Assembly: GCF_009914755.1 (NCBI RefSeq)
Contig: NC_060931.1
Reading direction: 5' to 3' (one strand)
Length of the DNA: 64,000 bases
Source of the DNA: the human T2T-CHM13v2.0 reference genome, Homo sapiens
In this document: in pieces, positions 25,712 through 38,174 of the stretch
Position numbering within the stretch: the first letter of the stretch is position 1
Layout of the letters: every line of letters starts with the position of its first letter
Translations under genes and position numbers: made by a program
The notes under the pieces: model-generated
Seen by the model: the letters and a program-made list of their open reading frames with translations, nothing else
Database searches by the model: none
Told to the model about the DNA's origin: nothing

Positions 25712-28299
25712 CCATCTCAGCATACTTCCATAGATAAGGTGAAAATTGCTCACTGAAATTTAAATGGTGCTGCTCGACCTTTCAGGAGACAACGTAATGC
25801 ATGTGGCTGATTCCCAGCTACCCACTTTACTGGCATCCCTTACATTCAACATGTAGACGCTGGGATGACAATGGAGCAACACAAATCTGTTTATGTGACA
25901 GGTAACTTCAGCTATGGTTATATACTCTCATGTTAAAGAATCCAAAGATGTAAAAATACAAAATTGTAGAATAAATCATACATTCATTTTACAAAGGATA
26001 ACTTCTATTGAAAACGGATTTACCGCAAGAACTTCCACCTTCTCAACAACATACTACCTAAAATATGTTTAGGTAATATGTTACTAACTTGCTGGGGGGG
26101 AAACTTATAAATGAGAAGGAAAAATGCATCTACTAAATTATTAAGAAACAATGAATGTCACAAGTTAAAGTGTATTCATTCTAGTCAAGTAACATTATTT
26201 GAATATGAACTAGGTGCCAGGCACTATTAGAGTAAAAAATCACATGAGGGGATCAGTCATGGGCTGTATATATCAGAGGCACTTATGAGAAATCTATGAG
26301 AAGAATTTAGTAATATCATATGCAAAAGTAGGTAATAAGTTAATAGGAAAGTTTGTTTTGTTGGGCCATACCACATAGAGTCCATCTAAAGCCCAACTCA
26401 GAATTGCTACAGAAGACTAAAAGAGGCTGCTCAAACAGAAATAGACTGAACTCTAACAGATGCCCCATTTTGTTGCAAAAAAGTTTGGATTTATGGATGT
26501 TTCAAACCCATGTGTCTTACGTTCTTCTTTCTCCTTTAGCATATGATAAGAGGTTAGAATGTTCATCTATTACTGAGCCCAGATATGTAAGTTGATGGCA
26601 TTTTGTTATATGCTTTGTGTGCGTATAAGATATGTGCATAGAGGCTCTAGGAGAGGATGTAAGTTGAACTAAGCTGTATTGTGGGTGTGAGTGCAGGTGT
26701 GCACATGGATGCACACACTTGCTAAATAGCTTAGGATATTCATGTTCATCCAGAAATGATTCAAGACCTCCAGCATAAGTACCAGATGTCATAGGGTTCT
26801 CAGGGCGACAAGAAGCAGAATAGATTGTTGAATGAGGTTGTTCAATTAAGGAATTTGTTTTGTTTTACTTTGGTCTATTTCATTTTGCTTTTTTTTCATT
26901 CCTCTTGAGCCTCTTTTGATAAAGGCTCCCACTGCTAACTGTGGGTAGTGAGTTCTTATGGCTATAGGAGATACCTTGATAAGGAAGGGATTAGAAAAGA
27001 TGTTTCAAATTAGAGACAAGTTTAATCAGTATAAATCTTTTAAGTATTTACTCCTTACAATTAAGCTTGAAACATCCCACCACCTCTTTAGTGCTGCTGG
27101 GTTATAATTATGATAATTATGATGGAAAGACAGAGGATATCAAGGTTATTTTTGAATGGGGGTTTTGGGGAATGCTTCTTGGAGGATTTTCCTGACAGAG
27201 ACCTCTCACTGCATTAGAGCTGAAATGTTATGTGCAATTTGATTCAAAAACTCATTTGATGTTAGAACTGGAAAGAAAATTATAGGCAGAATAGTATAAC
27301 CCCTATAATTTTTAATAATGAAACAGAGCTATAGGAGGGAATAATGGCTTATCCATGGTTACAAGTAGTTACCAGTGGAGTTCTGATATTCTCTGCTATC
27401 ATGGACTTCACAGCTATGTGGAATTAAAGTGAAAACACAGGTCATGGAAGGAAGAGTCTGGCATCACTGGTGGCTTCCTCATTTTGTGTGGAGGGCTTTA
27501 CCTAGGGTAGTTCCAGTGCAGTTCATTTCTGCTGGTGCATATTCAGAAGAGAGGCTTCTGAATATTTCTCAAGAGCTACTTATGTCAGGATCCTATTTTT
27601 ACCAGACTTACTTCTGTAACAAACGTTGCTTTGAAATTATAACAGATATTTTTGCAGTAATTCATCCTGTGTTCTTTTCATCAGCAAAAATTCTTGAATT
27701 GTAAATTTTAGAATAATTAAGATATACCCTGAGAAGGAAGATTTATGTTTTTGTCTGGCTGCTGAATTAATGCTTTCCATGAGAGAAAAGCTTTAAGTAC
27801 TTACAGTGCTTAGCAGGGCTATTCTATTCTTTCCCTCTTTTTGTTTTTTCATTCATTAATTTACTTTATTTTTTAAATGCACATGTGCAAAGCACTATGG
27901 TGGGTAAAGCATAACAATGTTTAAATATTTATGTCAGAAAGTGCCTAGAAAGTTTTCAAAACATGATAAATATTCAATAAATGCATGTTTACATCTCAAA
28001 TTTTCCCTAACATATAACATTTGCTTATAGCACAATTTTTATTGCCTCCCTTTTATTTTGTTTTTCCCTGAAATTTACTCCTGAAATCTTCAAAATTATT
28101 TTATGGGTTCTTATATAAGATTTTATATATATATGTACATATATGTATATGTAGTCAGAATACATAATTACATAAATTATTACAATTTTAATACAGTCTA
28201 ATGTCTGCCAAACTATACATGTTATTATTATTTCTACCTTAAATGAGAGACGGATCAATAATTGAATTCATCAATTTTTTTCTTTTGTTTTGTTTTTTT

Positions 28300-29070
28300 A
28301 CAAAACTGTGGCATAGCAATTTAAAGAAAAATAATCGCCGTGAAAATGAGAAATTAGATAAACCTAAGATTTGGAGGAGATTAAGTTTTCATGTGCCAAT
28401 TCTATGCTAAAGTTTTTGGGAATCTGGATGAATGAATAAATTCCTGGGAGAATAGAAATGACTAGAATTGACTCAAGAAGGAGCAGGAAGCTTCTATCAA
28501 TCAATAAGCTAGTAATACAATTTTAAAAGTTGCTCACGGACTATTTCCAAAGAGATGCCAGACTTAGACCATTTTTCAGATGAACTTTCACATTTTTAAG
28601 GGATGTATTATCTCCATGATACTTAACCGCCCAGAACACAGGAAAATATAGTTTTATTTTGCATCTGTAGCGTAACTCCCATCCCAAAACCTGAGAAATA
28701 CAACCCAGGCAAAGATCCATCTCGCTTATGAATATATATGCCACATTTTGGAATAAAATACTAGTACATTAAATTCAGCTGTATACAAAAAGGAAAAAAA
28801 ATCAGTGACTAATTCAGGGTTTGTTAAGTAATGCAAGCATGATTAAAACTTTAGAAAATCCATTATCCTAGATATCCCATCAGTGGATCAAAGGTGACAG
28901 CCTGAATTATCAATCAACTTAGTAGATACTAAAAAAAAAAAAGACTAGGTAAAATTCATTATTCATTCCAAAAATTTTTAAAAACTCTTAATAAAATAGG
29001 AATCTAAGAATATTGTCTTAACATATGAAAGAATGTCTCTTTTCAAGCCAAATCACGAAAAGCATACTCC
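28300..29070 (+). mobile_element. Ancient L1M ORF2 remnant
   Basis: GAATCTGGATGAATGAATAAATTCCTG..AATTGACTCAAGAAG resembles the LEEMDKFL region. Confidence 0.6.
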
Positions 29071-29419
29071 CATCATTTCTCCCAAGTCCAAAGTGAACAG
29101 TAATAATCCAGCTCAGTATGCCATTTCACAGAGGTCACATGAGGTTTCCATTTTATGTCAAATTGGAAGGCTACTGAGAATGGTAAGAAGAGAAAACTCA
29201 CAGGAAAAATAGCAAATGTGCCAACCAGTGTCTTTGGTCTTCCCTGATAAAAGTCTCTCTGTTGGGTCCCTTGATCATGTGTCAATCATAGAATTGTTTT
29301 GGGAAGGGAACAGAATTATGGGAGAGAGCAGGCAAAGTCCTGCTCATGTAATCTTTGTAAAGGTTACTTTCACTCTTCAAGACAACTTCAGTGGGGACTT
29401 TACCTAGGTAGAAATAAGA

Positions 29420-29660
29420 GAAAGAGTGAGCTCACATTTTCACAACGCATACTATGGGCAGGGTGTCTTCTCAAGGCTTTATGTTTGCTAGCTCCTGGAA
29501 TTCTCAGAACAACTCTTATAAGATAGACATTACGATTGTCCTTATTTTACATATGAGAAGATAGGTTATTTAGGAAAGTTAATCACTTTGCCTGGGACCT
29601 CAGAAATGTCAAGTGGGAGAACGGGGGCTTGATTGTAGGTGGTAACCACACCTTGGGAGT
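29420..29660 (-). mobile_element. MIR
   Basis: CCTTATTTTACATATGAGAAGATAGG..GTTAATCACTTTGCCT core. Confidence 0.65.
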
Positions 29661-30839
29661 CGGGTGAAAGCACACTTTATTCTCTGAAGGCAGAAAAGGA
29701 GGCTGTTCAACCCTTTAATGCCATGGGGTAAAATGCCTTTTACTAGACATTGAGAAAGTAGGAGTATGGCCATTCCAGTTGTGTTATCCTGAACACTCCC
29801 ATTTTCCGATCCTCCCTTTTTCTCCTTTGAAAATTTTAATAATAGGATGAGATGACATTTCATAGCATTATGGCCTTTAAGTTATAATTTTGTTATCTGA
29901 CAGATGCCCAGAAACATTAGGTAAGGCCACACCTCAGATAGATGACAGTTTATCCTACAAACGTAGATAAACAAATACACACCTGGACCTCCAACAAATA
30001 CAGGGCTTCCCAAGCCAGATCTAGTGATGTAATATTTAACAAATATTTGTATTTAATACAAATAGAATTTGGTAAATGTCAGAATTACTAGGTGTATTAT
30101 TCTTTCTCTTCTTCAGAAACAGCTCTTATTTAAGAGGCTGCAAAAATATTTATATCCTTCCCTCAGAAATATGTCATCTGCATTCATCTGCATTCATGTA
30201 CATATGCATTCATTTTTCATAGAACCACAGACTCACCCAAACAGTTTAAGCTAAAAACTTCTGCTTTGTGTGTTTTTGAGAAGTTATGTATTTTATTTCT
30301 GGGATGATATAATTTTGGATTTTAATTCCTTTCCTCTTTACCAAATGTTCACATTCACCCTTATACCCACATGTGTTTCTATGTGCAATAAGTATAACAA
30401 CACATATACTGAAAAATGTTGCTTTGTTAGGTTGTTATCCAAAATAAAATAATATTAAAAAGGAAAACCTATGGCAATGCTTATTCTCAACCCTACTAAA
30501 ATAGTGACTTGTTTTAGGATGATGATTTTTACTAATACTTATGTTCGTCTTCTCCCTACATTTAACATGTCAGTGTTTCTATTTCTGATATAACCATTGC
30601 ATTATTATTTCTCATCACAATATTAATACTTTGCCATGAATCAAGTTTTGACACATATATTTCATCCCTATGCTTTTAATTTATTCAAAAATTCTATAAA
30701 TGTTTCATAAATGTTAGTCCTATATATTAGTACTGTCTGTAACAAAATATAATGTAACATTTGTCGATCAAAATACAAAGAACAACAGAGCTGAAAAGTA
30801 TAAAACAACAACAAAGAGTTGAGTTTATTGCTTGCCTGG

Positions 30840-31162
30840 TATATTAGTTTTGTAGGGCTCCTAAACAAAGTACCATAGACTGGGTGGCTGAAACACCAGA
30901 ATTTTATTTTCTCACATTCAGGAGGCTGGGAGTCCAAGATTCAGGTAGGATCAGTTTCTTCTCGTGTCTCTCTTCTTAGCTTGTAGATAGCTATCTTATC
31001 CGTGTATCTTCACATGGTCTTCCCTCTGTGCCTCATTCTCACTTAGTTGTCTCTTTAAAGATCCTCTCTCCAAATACAGTCACATTCTGGGATATGGGGG
31101 GTTAGGATTTCAACACATGGTTTTATCTGGGGGTAGGGGAGAGTACAATTCAGCCTGTAACA
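30840..31162 (-). mobile_element. MLT1B/C-like solo LTR, internally deleted
   Basis: Ends CAATTCAGCCTGTAACA; 5-bp TSD CCTGG (30835-30839, 31163-31167). Confidence 0.85.
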
Positions 31163-33099
31163 CCTGGAAATGGAGAGAGTGTTCACTCTAGAGTAAGGTC
31201 AGTGAGTCACTCTGATTAAAAGTGGAAGGGCTAGACACAGGGTAAACAAAGGAAGTTTCCCTCCAATAAGGCAGCATTCTGAAGGGCATTATTCAATTGG
31301 TCAAGGAGAGGACCCTGGGTCTCCTTTGGGATGGGCTTGCAATTGATCTGGTTCACGCCACAAAATCACAGGCACAGGTCGGGTTAGGCTTCTAGGGTGT
31401 AGTGTCTTGACTCAGGCACTTTCATATGCACATGTTTGAGACTTGGCAATTTTTTATCTCTTACATGTTAATGTAATTTTTGCAATTTCCTAATTGTAAT
31501 TTCCTAAGGAACTTTTGCAGTTTCCTAATACTTGCCAAAACAAACTATCAAGACAACTTTGGCAAAAAGTAAACAGTCCTTCTGTTTTTCCCCACAGCTG
31601 AACAAGGACTGGGAAATAAATTTGAAGTATCCAGCTCAGACTCCCATAGCATAGTGCTCTGATTAATTCATTTCCTTTTGTTGGTATTGCGTAGTTCCAG
31701 AACTAAAGCTCATAGCACACAGCAGTCTTTTTAATTTACACTGACAAAACCTTTGAAGTGGACACTCTGATAGGAAATTTAAGTGGAAAAAAAAGAGAGA
31801 GAGAGGGACACAGAGGGAGATGTTTTATTCTCATTGACTTTGTCAGAATTTTGTTTTCAAGAACTTTAATTGTAATTGAAGGCTTGAAATGTCACTGGGG
31901 ATTCATTTTGCAAGATGGAGAACAGGGAAAAAAAGCAAAGAACCTATTTTTCAGTATGTTGATTGAGCATAAGGAATTTTATCTTCAGCCTTGACCCTCC
32001 TTCTTTGTTCTTTCCTCATTTCCTAAACTCTGGGGTCAATGTTGCAACGGGGAAGAATAGGGTCTCTGTTGTACTGTTTTTGCAGAATCTTTGAGCCAAA
32101 AGTGTAAGTACTTTTTAGGAAAATTTAGGTGGTAAATAAGATGCATCCTTACAATAGGAAAAGATTGAGATTCCTCACATCTCTATCCCCAGCTGCCTAC
32201 CTAGCATCAGTCTTATGCATAGTAAGTGATGAGCAAATATTTGTAGATTGATAGAATTCTAGACTTTGCTAACACTTGTCCAGTGGTCTCTTCTCTTGGG
32301 TCTCAATGAAACTTGCAACTCAAGGGGAAAGAGGAGATGCAGAAATAAACGTGCATGGTATTCTGAGCAAATACAGATTTATCCTGCAGTGGATGGCCAT
32401 TTCTGCTAATTAGCCCATCAGTTAACAAGGAAAACTAGAGGAAGAGTCCTATAATTATTGATGTTTTAAATTTAAGTTCTTTATTTTTTCATAAACATTT
32501 TTGGATCAAATAAGCCAGTATAGTCACCAGCTACACTTTCCCATTTGGAAATGTTTAGCATACATGTGACTTAAAAGCTCAAACTTCTGAATCAAATTAT
32601 CTGTGTTTTCATTTCTGTACAAATACTTGAAATGTCCTGAGTAGAAATGTTTGAAAGGTCTTGAAGACTCCAGCCAGGGTCAATCTAGTTCAGAATTTCG
32701 ATGCAGACAACTTGCTTGATAAAGGAATCAGGTGCTTTACAACTGAGCTATGGGCCCCCAGGACAAAGGTTAGCAAGTGGGAGTCAAGACCAATTTTCTT
32801 AGCTTTTCAGAGCCTTGATGCTGGTAAAGGAATTCCTGGGGCAGGCAATAGCAGGAATAAGATCAAATGAAAATGCACTCATACCTGAATCAGATTTTAT
32901 TTGAGCCCCCACATGATTATCTCTGGAATCACCCTTGTTGTTATGGATACATTTTCTTCTTTGTTTGGCATGTTTTAGCCTTCTGCCCTCCACTGTAGAG
33001 TCCTCCAAATCTGGTTACCATGACAACACATAAATATAAATAAATAAATATTTTTATATATGTATGTATGTATATGGGTATATATATAAATTTTATTTT

Positions 33100-33225
33100 G
33101 GCTTGGAATGAGGGCGGAGGGGGAATCCAGCCTGCTGCAGCCAACCTCTGTCTCCAGCCAATACTGGCACATGGGAAAGGCCATCGTGTGGGCAAACACA
33201 TGCCAATCAGAATAGCTATTTCTAA
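33100..33225. promoter_or_regulatory. Candidate cis-regulatory motif cluster
   Basis: GGAATG, GC box GGGCGGAG, two CCAAT boxes, two CACATG E-boxes, GCAAACA and a near-MEF2 site within 125 bp of apparently unique DNA. Confidence 0.3.
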
Positions 33226-33671
33226 CACTCCAACAGTACCCTTTAAACATTTCATTGGAAAAGTAGCTTCAATAGAATTGAAAGTCAGTATGTTAGTAAT
33301 TCACCATTTGCTCCTAATTTGGGGGCAACATGGTCTTTAAATATTCACATATATAAATATTTATTTTAAATATTTAAAGGATTCCTTTCTGTTTCAGATG
33401 GGTCTTGGTATGGCTTCTTTTCAGGTTAACCTGTTAATGTTGGTGACTGCCTATGTATGTCTACACTTCTATGAGTCTTAATTAGAAAAAGGAAAAAGTA
33501 GTTCTGATTCATCTAAAAGAAGTGTTCCGCCATTGCCCTTGCAGTAGTCAGAGACAAACACTCTGAATTAGCAAAGCCATAGACTTAGAAGTCTAACTGG
33601 GTCCTTCTAATTCTAGATGATGTATTTATTTACAGGTATTCAAGGGACATAAAGTAAGATAGTTACTCAAG

Positions 33672-33694
33672 ATACATATATATATATATATATA

Positions 33695-33772
<78 letters not shown>
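33672..33772. repeat. Compound (TA)n(TG)n(TA)n(CA)n microsatellite
   Basis: Direct reading; about 100 bp of alternating purine-pyrimidine. Confidence 0.97.
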
Positions 33773-34040
33773 TTAGCCTGGGATTTAAGTGAGGAGGAGG
33801 CGTGATCCTGTTGAGGGTTGTCTGCTCACCTAGGATTCAGGGTGATAGATGGAAGCATAAAGTTGTCCAAAGGATATTTTAAAAGAAAACAAAACAAAAT
33901 ATGCCCCATAGGTGAACCAAACTTAATGTGGTTTAGAGGAATAGGAACTGTGTCTGTTCCCTCTTCCCATGGTGGGGGTCAGGGGTTGGGGGGTCTGGGG
34001 CATACAATACAACGCAAGTAGTCCATCCGTGGATACTCCT

Positions 34041-34603
34041 TAACACTAAGTGTCAACTTGATGTTTAATCCTAAGTGTCAACTTGATTGGATTGAAGGAT
34101 GCAAAGTATTGTTCCTGGGTGTGCCTGTGAGGGTGTTGCCAAAGGAGACTAACATTTGAGTCAGTGGACTAGGAGAGGCAGACCCACACTTGGTCTGCGT
34201 GGGTACCATCTAATCAGCTGCCAGCACAGCTATGATAAAACCAGGCAAAGGAATGTGGAAGGACTAGACTAACTGAGTCTTGTGGCCTGCATCTTTCTCC
34301 TGTGCTGGATTCTTCCTGCCCTTGAACATCAGACTCCAAGTTCTTCAGCTTTTGGACTCTTGTACCTACACCAGTGGTTTGCCAGGGACTCTTGGGTCTT
34401 TGGTCACAGCCTGAAGGCTGCACTATCGGCTTCCTTACTTTTGAGGTTTCTGGGGCTCAGACTGGCTTCCCAGCAACTCAGCTTGCAGATAGCCTATTGT
34501 GGGACTTCACCTTGTGACCGTGTGGTCAATTCTCCTAATAAACTCCCCCCACAATATATTCATTTATCCTATGAATTCTGTCCCTTTAGAGAACCCTAAT
34601 ACA
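34041..34603 (+). mobile_element. MLT2A (HERV-L) solo LTR
   Basis: GTGTCAACTTGATTGGATTGAAGGATGCAAAGTATTG...GAGAACCCTAATACA. Confidence 0.9.
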
Positions 34604-35447
34604 ATTCTCAAGAGCAGAGCTAAATATTTGATTATTTTTCTGTGTTTTGCTGTTGGTTTAAGGTTTGCTGTGATGCCACTCTGCAACTGATTTATTTCAA
34701 GAAGTTCCAATTTATACCTATGGTTCTGAGCATTCAATGTTCATGCTTTGTACTCACCTTAAGCAACTCACAGAAGCATATTAGTGGGAAACATTTAATC
34801 TTTTTATCTTTATAAGATGTGTTTTTCTCTTCCCCTTAAACATGGAGAATTTTAAAGGTGATGCTTCTAAAATACTGAGCTATCCACATTTGCTCTTCTC
34901 CAAGGTAGGAATGACTTATCTGATGCATGAAGTTAATGAGACTTTGACATCCATTTGGCCAGGCTTACCTGAGGGCTGGTTCATGATATAAAAAAGATAA
35001 CATAGAGCTCTCTTTTTTTTGGCCCTCTCCATTCTGCTGGGTCCTGATATTTTAGCACAGACTGTGATCCTCAGCACACCTAACTGAATAAGTGGACTCT
35101 GCGTCTGTTTATACTCAAGCTTTTCTTCATGTTTGCACAAAGTTCTGTGTCTGGTCTAAACTTAGGAGAAGAATGTAGGAAATATCCTTCATGTTCCTGG
35201 GTGTTCTCCATTTGAATATTACCCAAGAAACCATATGTTTAGGAGCTACTGGGTCTTCATGAATGATGATGCTTTTATCTGCATTTGGGTGTTCTGCTGT
35301 ATTGATGATTTTACAATGGATAGAATCTGGCTAGAAGGAGACCTAAACCCTCCATTAGAACATAAAGACTCCTAGGAGTCCTCAGAAATAGTGCCTTACT
35401 CCCCAAACAGCAAAATGCTTTTAAATATATCATCAGCAGAATGGGAG

Positions 35448-35824
35448 TGCTATGATTTGAATGATGGTATCCCCTCCAAAATGCACATTGAAACTGAATC
35501 TCAATGCAACAGTATTAAGAGGTGGCCTCAGGTGGTGATTAAGTCATGAGGGCTTCACCCCATTACAAAAGGGGTTGAGTTTAAAGGAAACTCTTTGGCC
35601 ATTCTGCCCTCTCTGCCACGTGACGACACAGTGTTGGTCCTCTCTGGAGGATCAGCAACAAAGCACCATGTTGGAAACAGAGGGCAGCCCTAATCAGACA
35701 CCCGTCCTACTGGCACCCTGATCTTGGAATTCTCAGACTCCAGAGCCATTAAGAATAAATTTTTATTCTTATAAATTACTTAGTCTGTGGTGTTTTTTCT
35801 TAGAAGCACAAATGGATGAAGACA
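35448..35824 (+). mobile_element. MaLR solo LTR (MST/MLT1A-like)
   Basis: TGCTATGATTTGAATG...AATGGATGAAGACA; flanks GGGAG and GAGAG. Confidence 0.85.
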
Positions 35825-37258
35825 GAGAGGTTTGGCTGTAATTTCCTGCTCACCAAAATTGCAGGAGAAGAATGGTTGTTCAAATCTAGAAAAAAGACTT
35901 TTGAGAATAAAGTGTGTGGACCCCTCATTAAATGTGCAACTTTCTGAGAACTAGTCATATGTTTTATTAATAGAATTGGACAGAGATTTGGGAGTCTCTA
36001 TTTATTATTTATAAGTTATATTAAAACACACCTGTATTGTCAAGGCTTTATGTGCCTGGTGGCAAAAAGCAATGGAATGGGAATGATTATTAGAAAAACC
36101 AGTGATTTCTTTAGAAATATCAGCCCTAAAATGAAAGAAAATGACTCCTAATATATACCCATTTAAAATGTTCTGTAATGCAGGAATTTTATCTGTTTTA
36201 CTTCCAAGGATGACTGGGTCTTGTGATTGAGAGCAGAAGAAAACCTAGGGAGGAAACCAATGCTCTAGAAAGGAACTTTTTTCTTATGCCTTCCAGAAGC
36301 AACGATAACATGAACAATTGTACATCAGTCATCAGGTGTTACAAAAATTACACAGAGGCACCCCCTGCTGGAGGGAGGTGCTACTCAGCCAGGGACACTG
36401 CGGGAAGACAGAACTGTCTCTTGTATTTCTCTTACTCTTGATGGACAGAGGGAAAGCAGCACAGAAGAAAATGACTCTAAGGGAAGAAACAATCAGAAAG
36501 AGATAACACCAGAAATCTCAAATATTTGAGCTGAGAGAAATGCTCTCTTAAGATGCCTGGGAACCTTCCATGTTGAGACACTGCCAAGTTACTGAACGAG
36601 CATTGTGCAATCTTAGATGAAACATTTCCCTTTGCCAAGCTATTCTGCCCCGGTGAGGAATATAATGATGATGGTTGAGGGCTCAGGCTACACAAAGTGT
36701 GATGCTCCCAGGAAGGAGTCAGGGCACTTTGCCCAGGGGTAAATGCCCTAGAAGGAGCATGAGAGATGCCATGGTCCAAACCCGTTTTTCTGAGAAGACA
36801 GCACTGTGATTTGAAGAGAATAAATGATGGCACAAAGGAAAAAAAAGTGGTGGGACCAAAGGTAGAATACAGAGGTGCACATAGGGACTGCAATCTAAGT
36901 GTGGTTTTAGATCCTCTCAGCATATGAACAAAATTGAAGAACTACAAATGGTAGTTTGTGGGAAAGAATGCACACGAGGGTTGTGGTTCATCTGTGGACT
37001 ATTGCAGTCCTTTTTAAGAGCAGTATTTACGAGTCCTAAAGGGCATTAAGGAAACTTCCTTGACAGCCATTAAGAATCAGAATAGGGAAGATGAAGAGTT
37101 CTGTAGTATCATGTTTGTGTTATAAATTTGAAAATTAATGCACAGCTTCGGGGATTCTGTTCCAAGATGGCTGAAGAGGAACAGCGCTAGTCTGCAGCTC
37201 CCAGTGTGAACGATGCAGAAGATGGGTGATTTCTGCATTTCCAACTGAGGTACCTGGT

Positions 37259-37591
37259 TCATCTCACTGGGACTGGTTGGACAGTGGGTGCAGCCCACAG
37301 AAGGCAAGCCGAAGCAGGGCGGGGCATCGCCTCACCTGGGAAGTGCAAGGGGTTGGGGTATTTCCCTTTCCTAGCCAAGGGAAGCTGTGACAGATGGTAC
37401 CTGGAAATATGGGACACTCCCACCCAAATACTGTGCTTTTCCAATGGTCTTAGCAAATGGCACACCAGGAGATTATATCCTGCACATGGCTCGGCGGATC
37501 CCATGCCCAAGGAGCCTTGCTCACTGCTAGTGCAGCAGTCTGATATTGACCTGTGAGGCAGCAGCCTGGCAGGGGAAGGGGTGTCCACCAT
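37259..37591 (-). CDS. LINE-1 antisense ORF0 homologue, open frame of 110 aa (expression unknown)
   Basis: ATG at 37591 in GCAATGG context; MVDTPSPARLLPHRSISDCCTSSEQGSLGMGSAEPCAGYNLLVCHLLRPLEKHSIWVGV aligns with the recalled L1HS ORF0 MAGAPPPASLPPCSLISDCCASNQRDSVGVGPSEPGVGYSLVV. Confidence 0.6.
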   Translation of the reverse strand: MVDTPSPARLLPHRSISDCCTSSEQGSLGMGSAEPCAGYNLLVCHLLRPLEKHSIWVGVSHISRYHLSQLPLARKGKYPNPLHFPGEAMPRPASACLLWAAPTVQPVPVR

Positions 37592-38174
37592 TGCTGAGGC
37601 TTCAGTAGGTAAACAAAGTGGCCAGGGAAGCTCAAACTGGGCGGAGCCCACCGCAGCTCAGTAAGGCTGGCTGCCTCCATAGTCTCCACATCTGGGGGCA
37701 GGGCATAGCTGAATAAAAGGCAGCAGAAACTTCTGCAGACGTGAAAGTCCCTGTCTAACAGCTCTGAAGAGAGCAGTGGTTCTCCCAGCATGGTGTTTGA
37801 TCTGAGAGAATGGAAAGACTGCCTCCTCAGGTGGGTCCCTGACCCCCGTGTAGCCTAACTGGGAGACACCTCCCAGTAGGGGCCAACTGACACCTCATAC
37901 AGGTGGGTGCCCCTCTGGGACAAAGCTTCCAGAGGAAGGAGCAGGCAGCAATATTTGCTGTTCTACAACCTCCACTGGTGGTACCTAGGCAAACAGGGTC
38001 TGGAGTAGACCTGCAGCAAACTCCAACAGACCTGCAGCTGAGGGATCTGACAGTTAGAAGGAAAACTAACAAACAGAAAGGAATAACATCAACATCAACA
38101 AAAAGCACATCCACATCAAAACCCTATCTCTAGGTCACCAACATCAATGACCAAAGGTAGATAAAACCGCAAAG

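Noticed and set aside
36477-36923. 148-aa minus ORF next to the L1 antisense promoter
   Set aside because: No family resemblance or coding bias visible; worth revisiting only if ORF0-spliced transcripts are found
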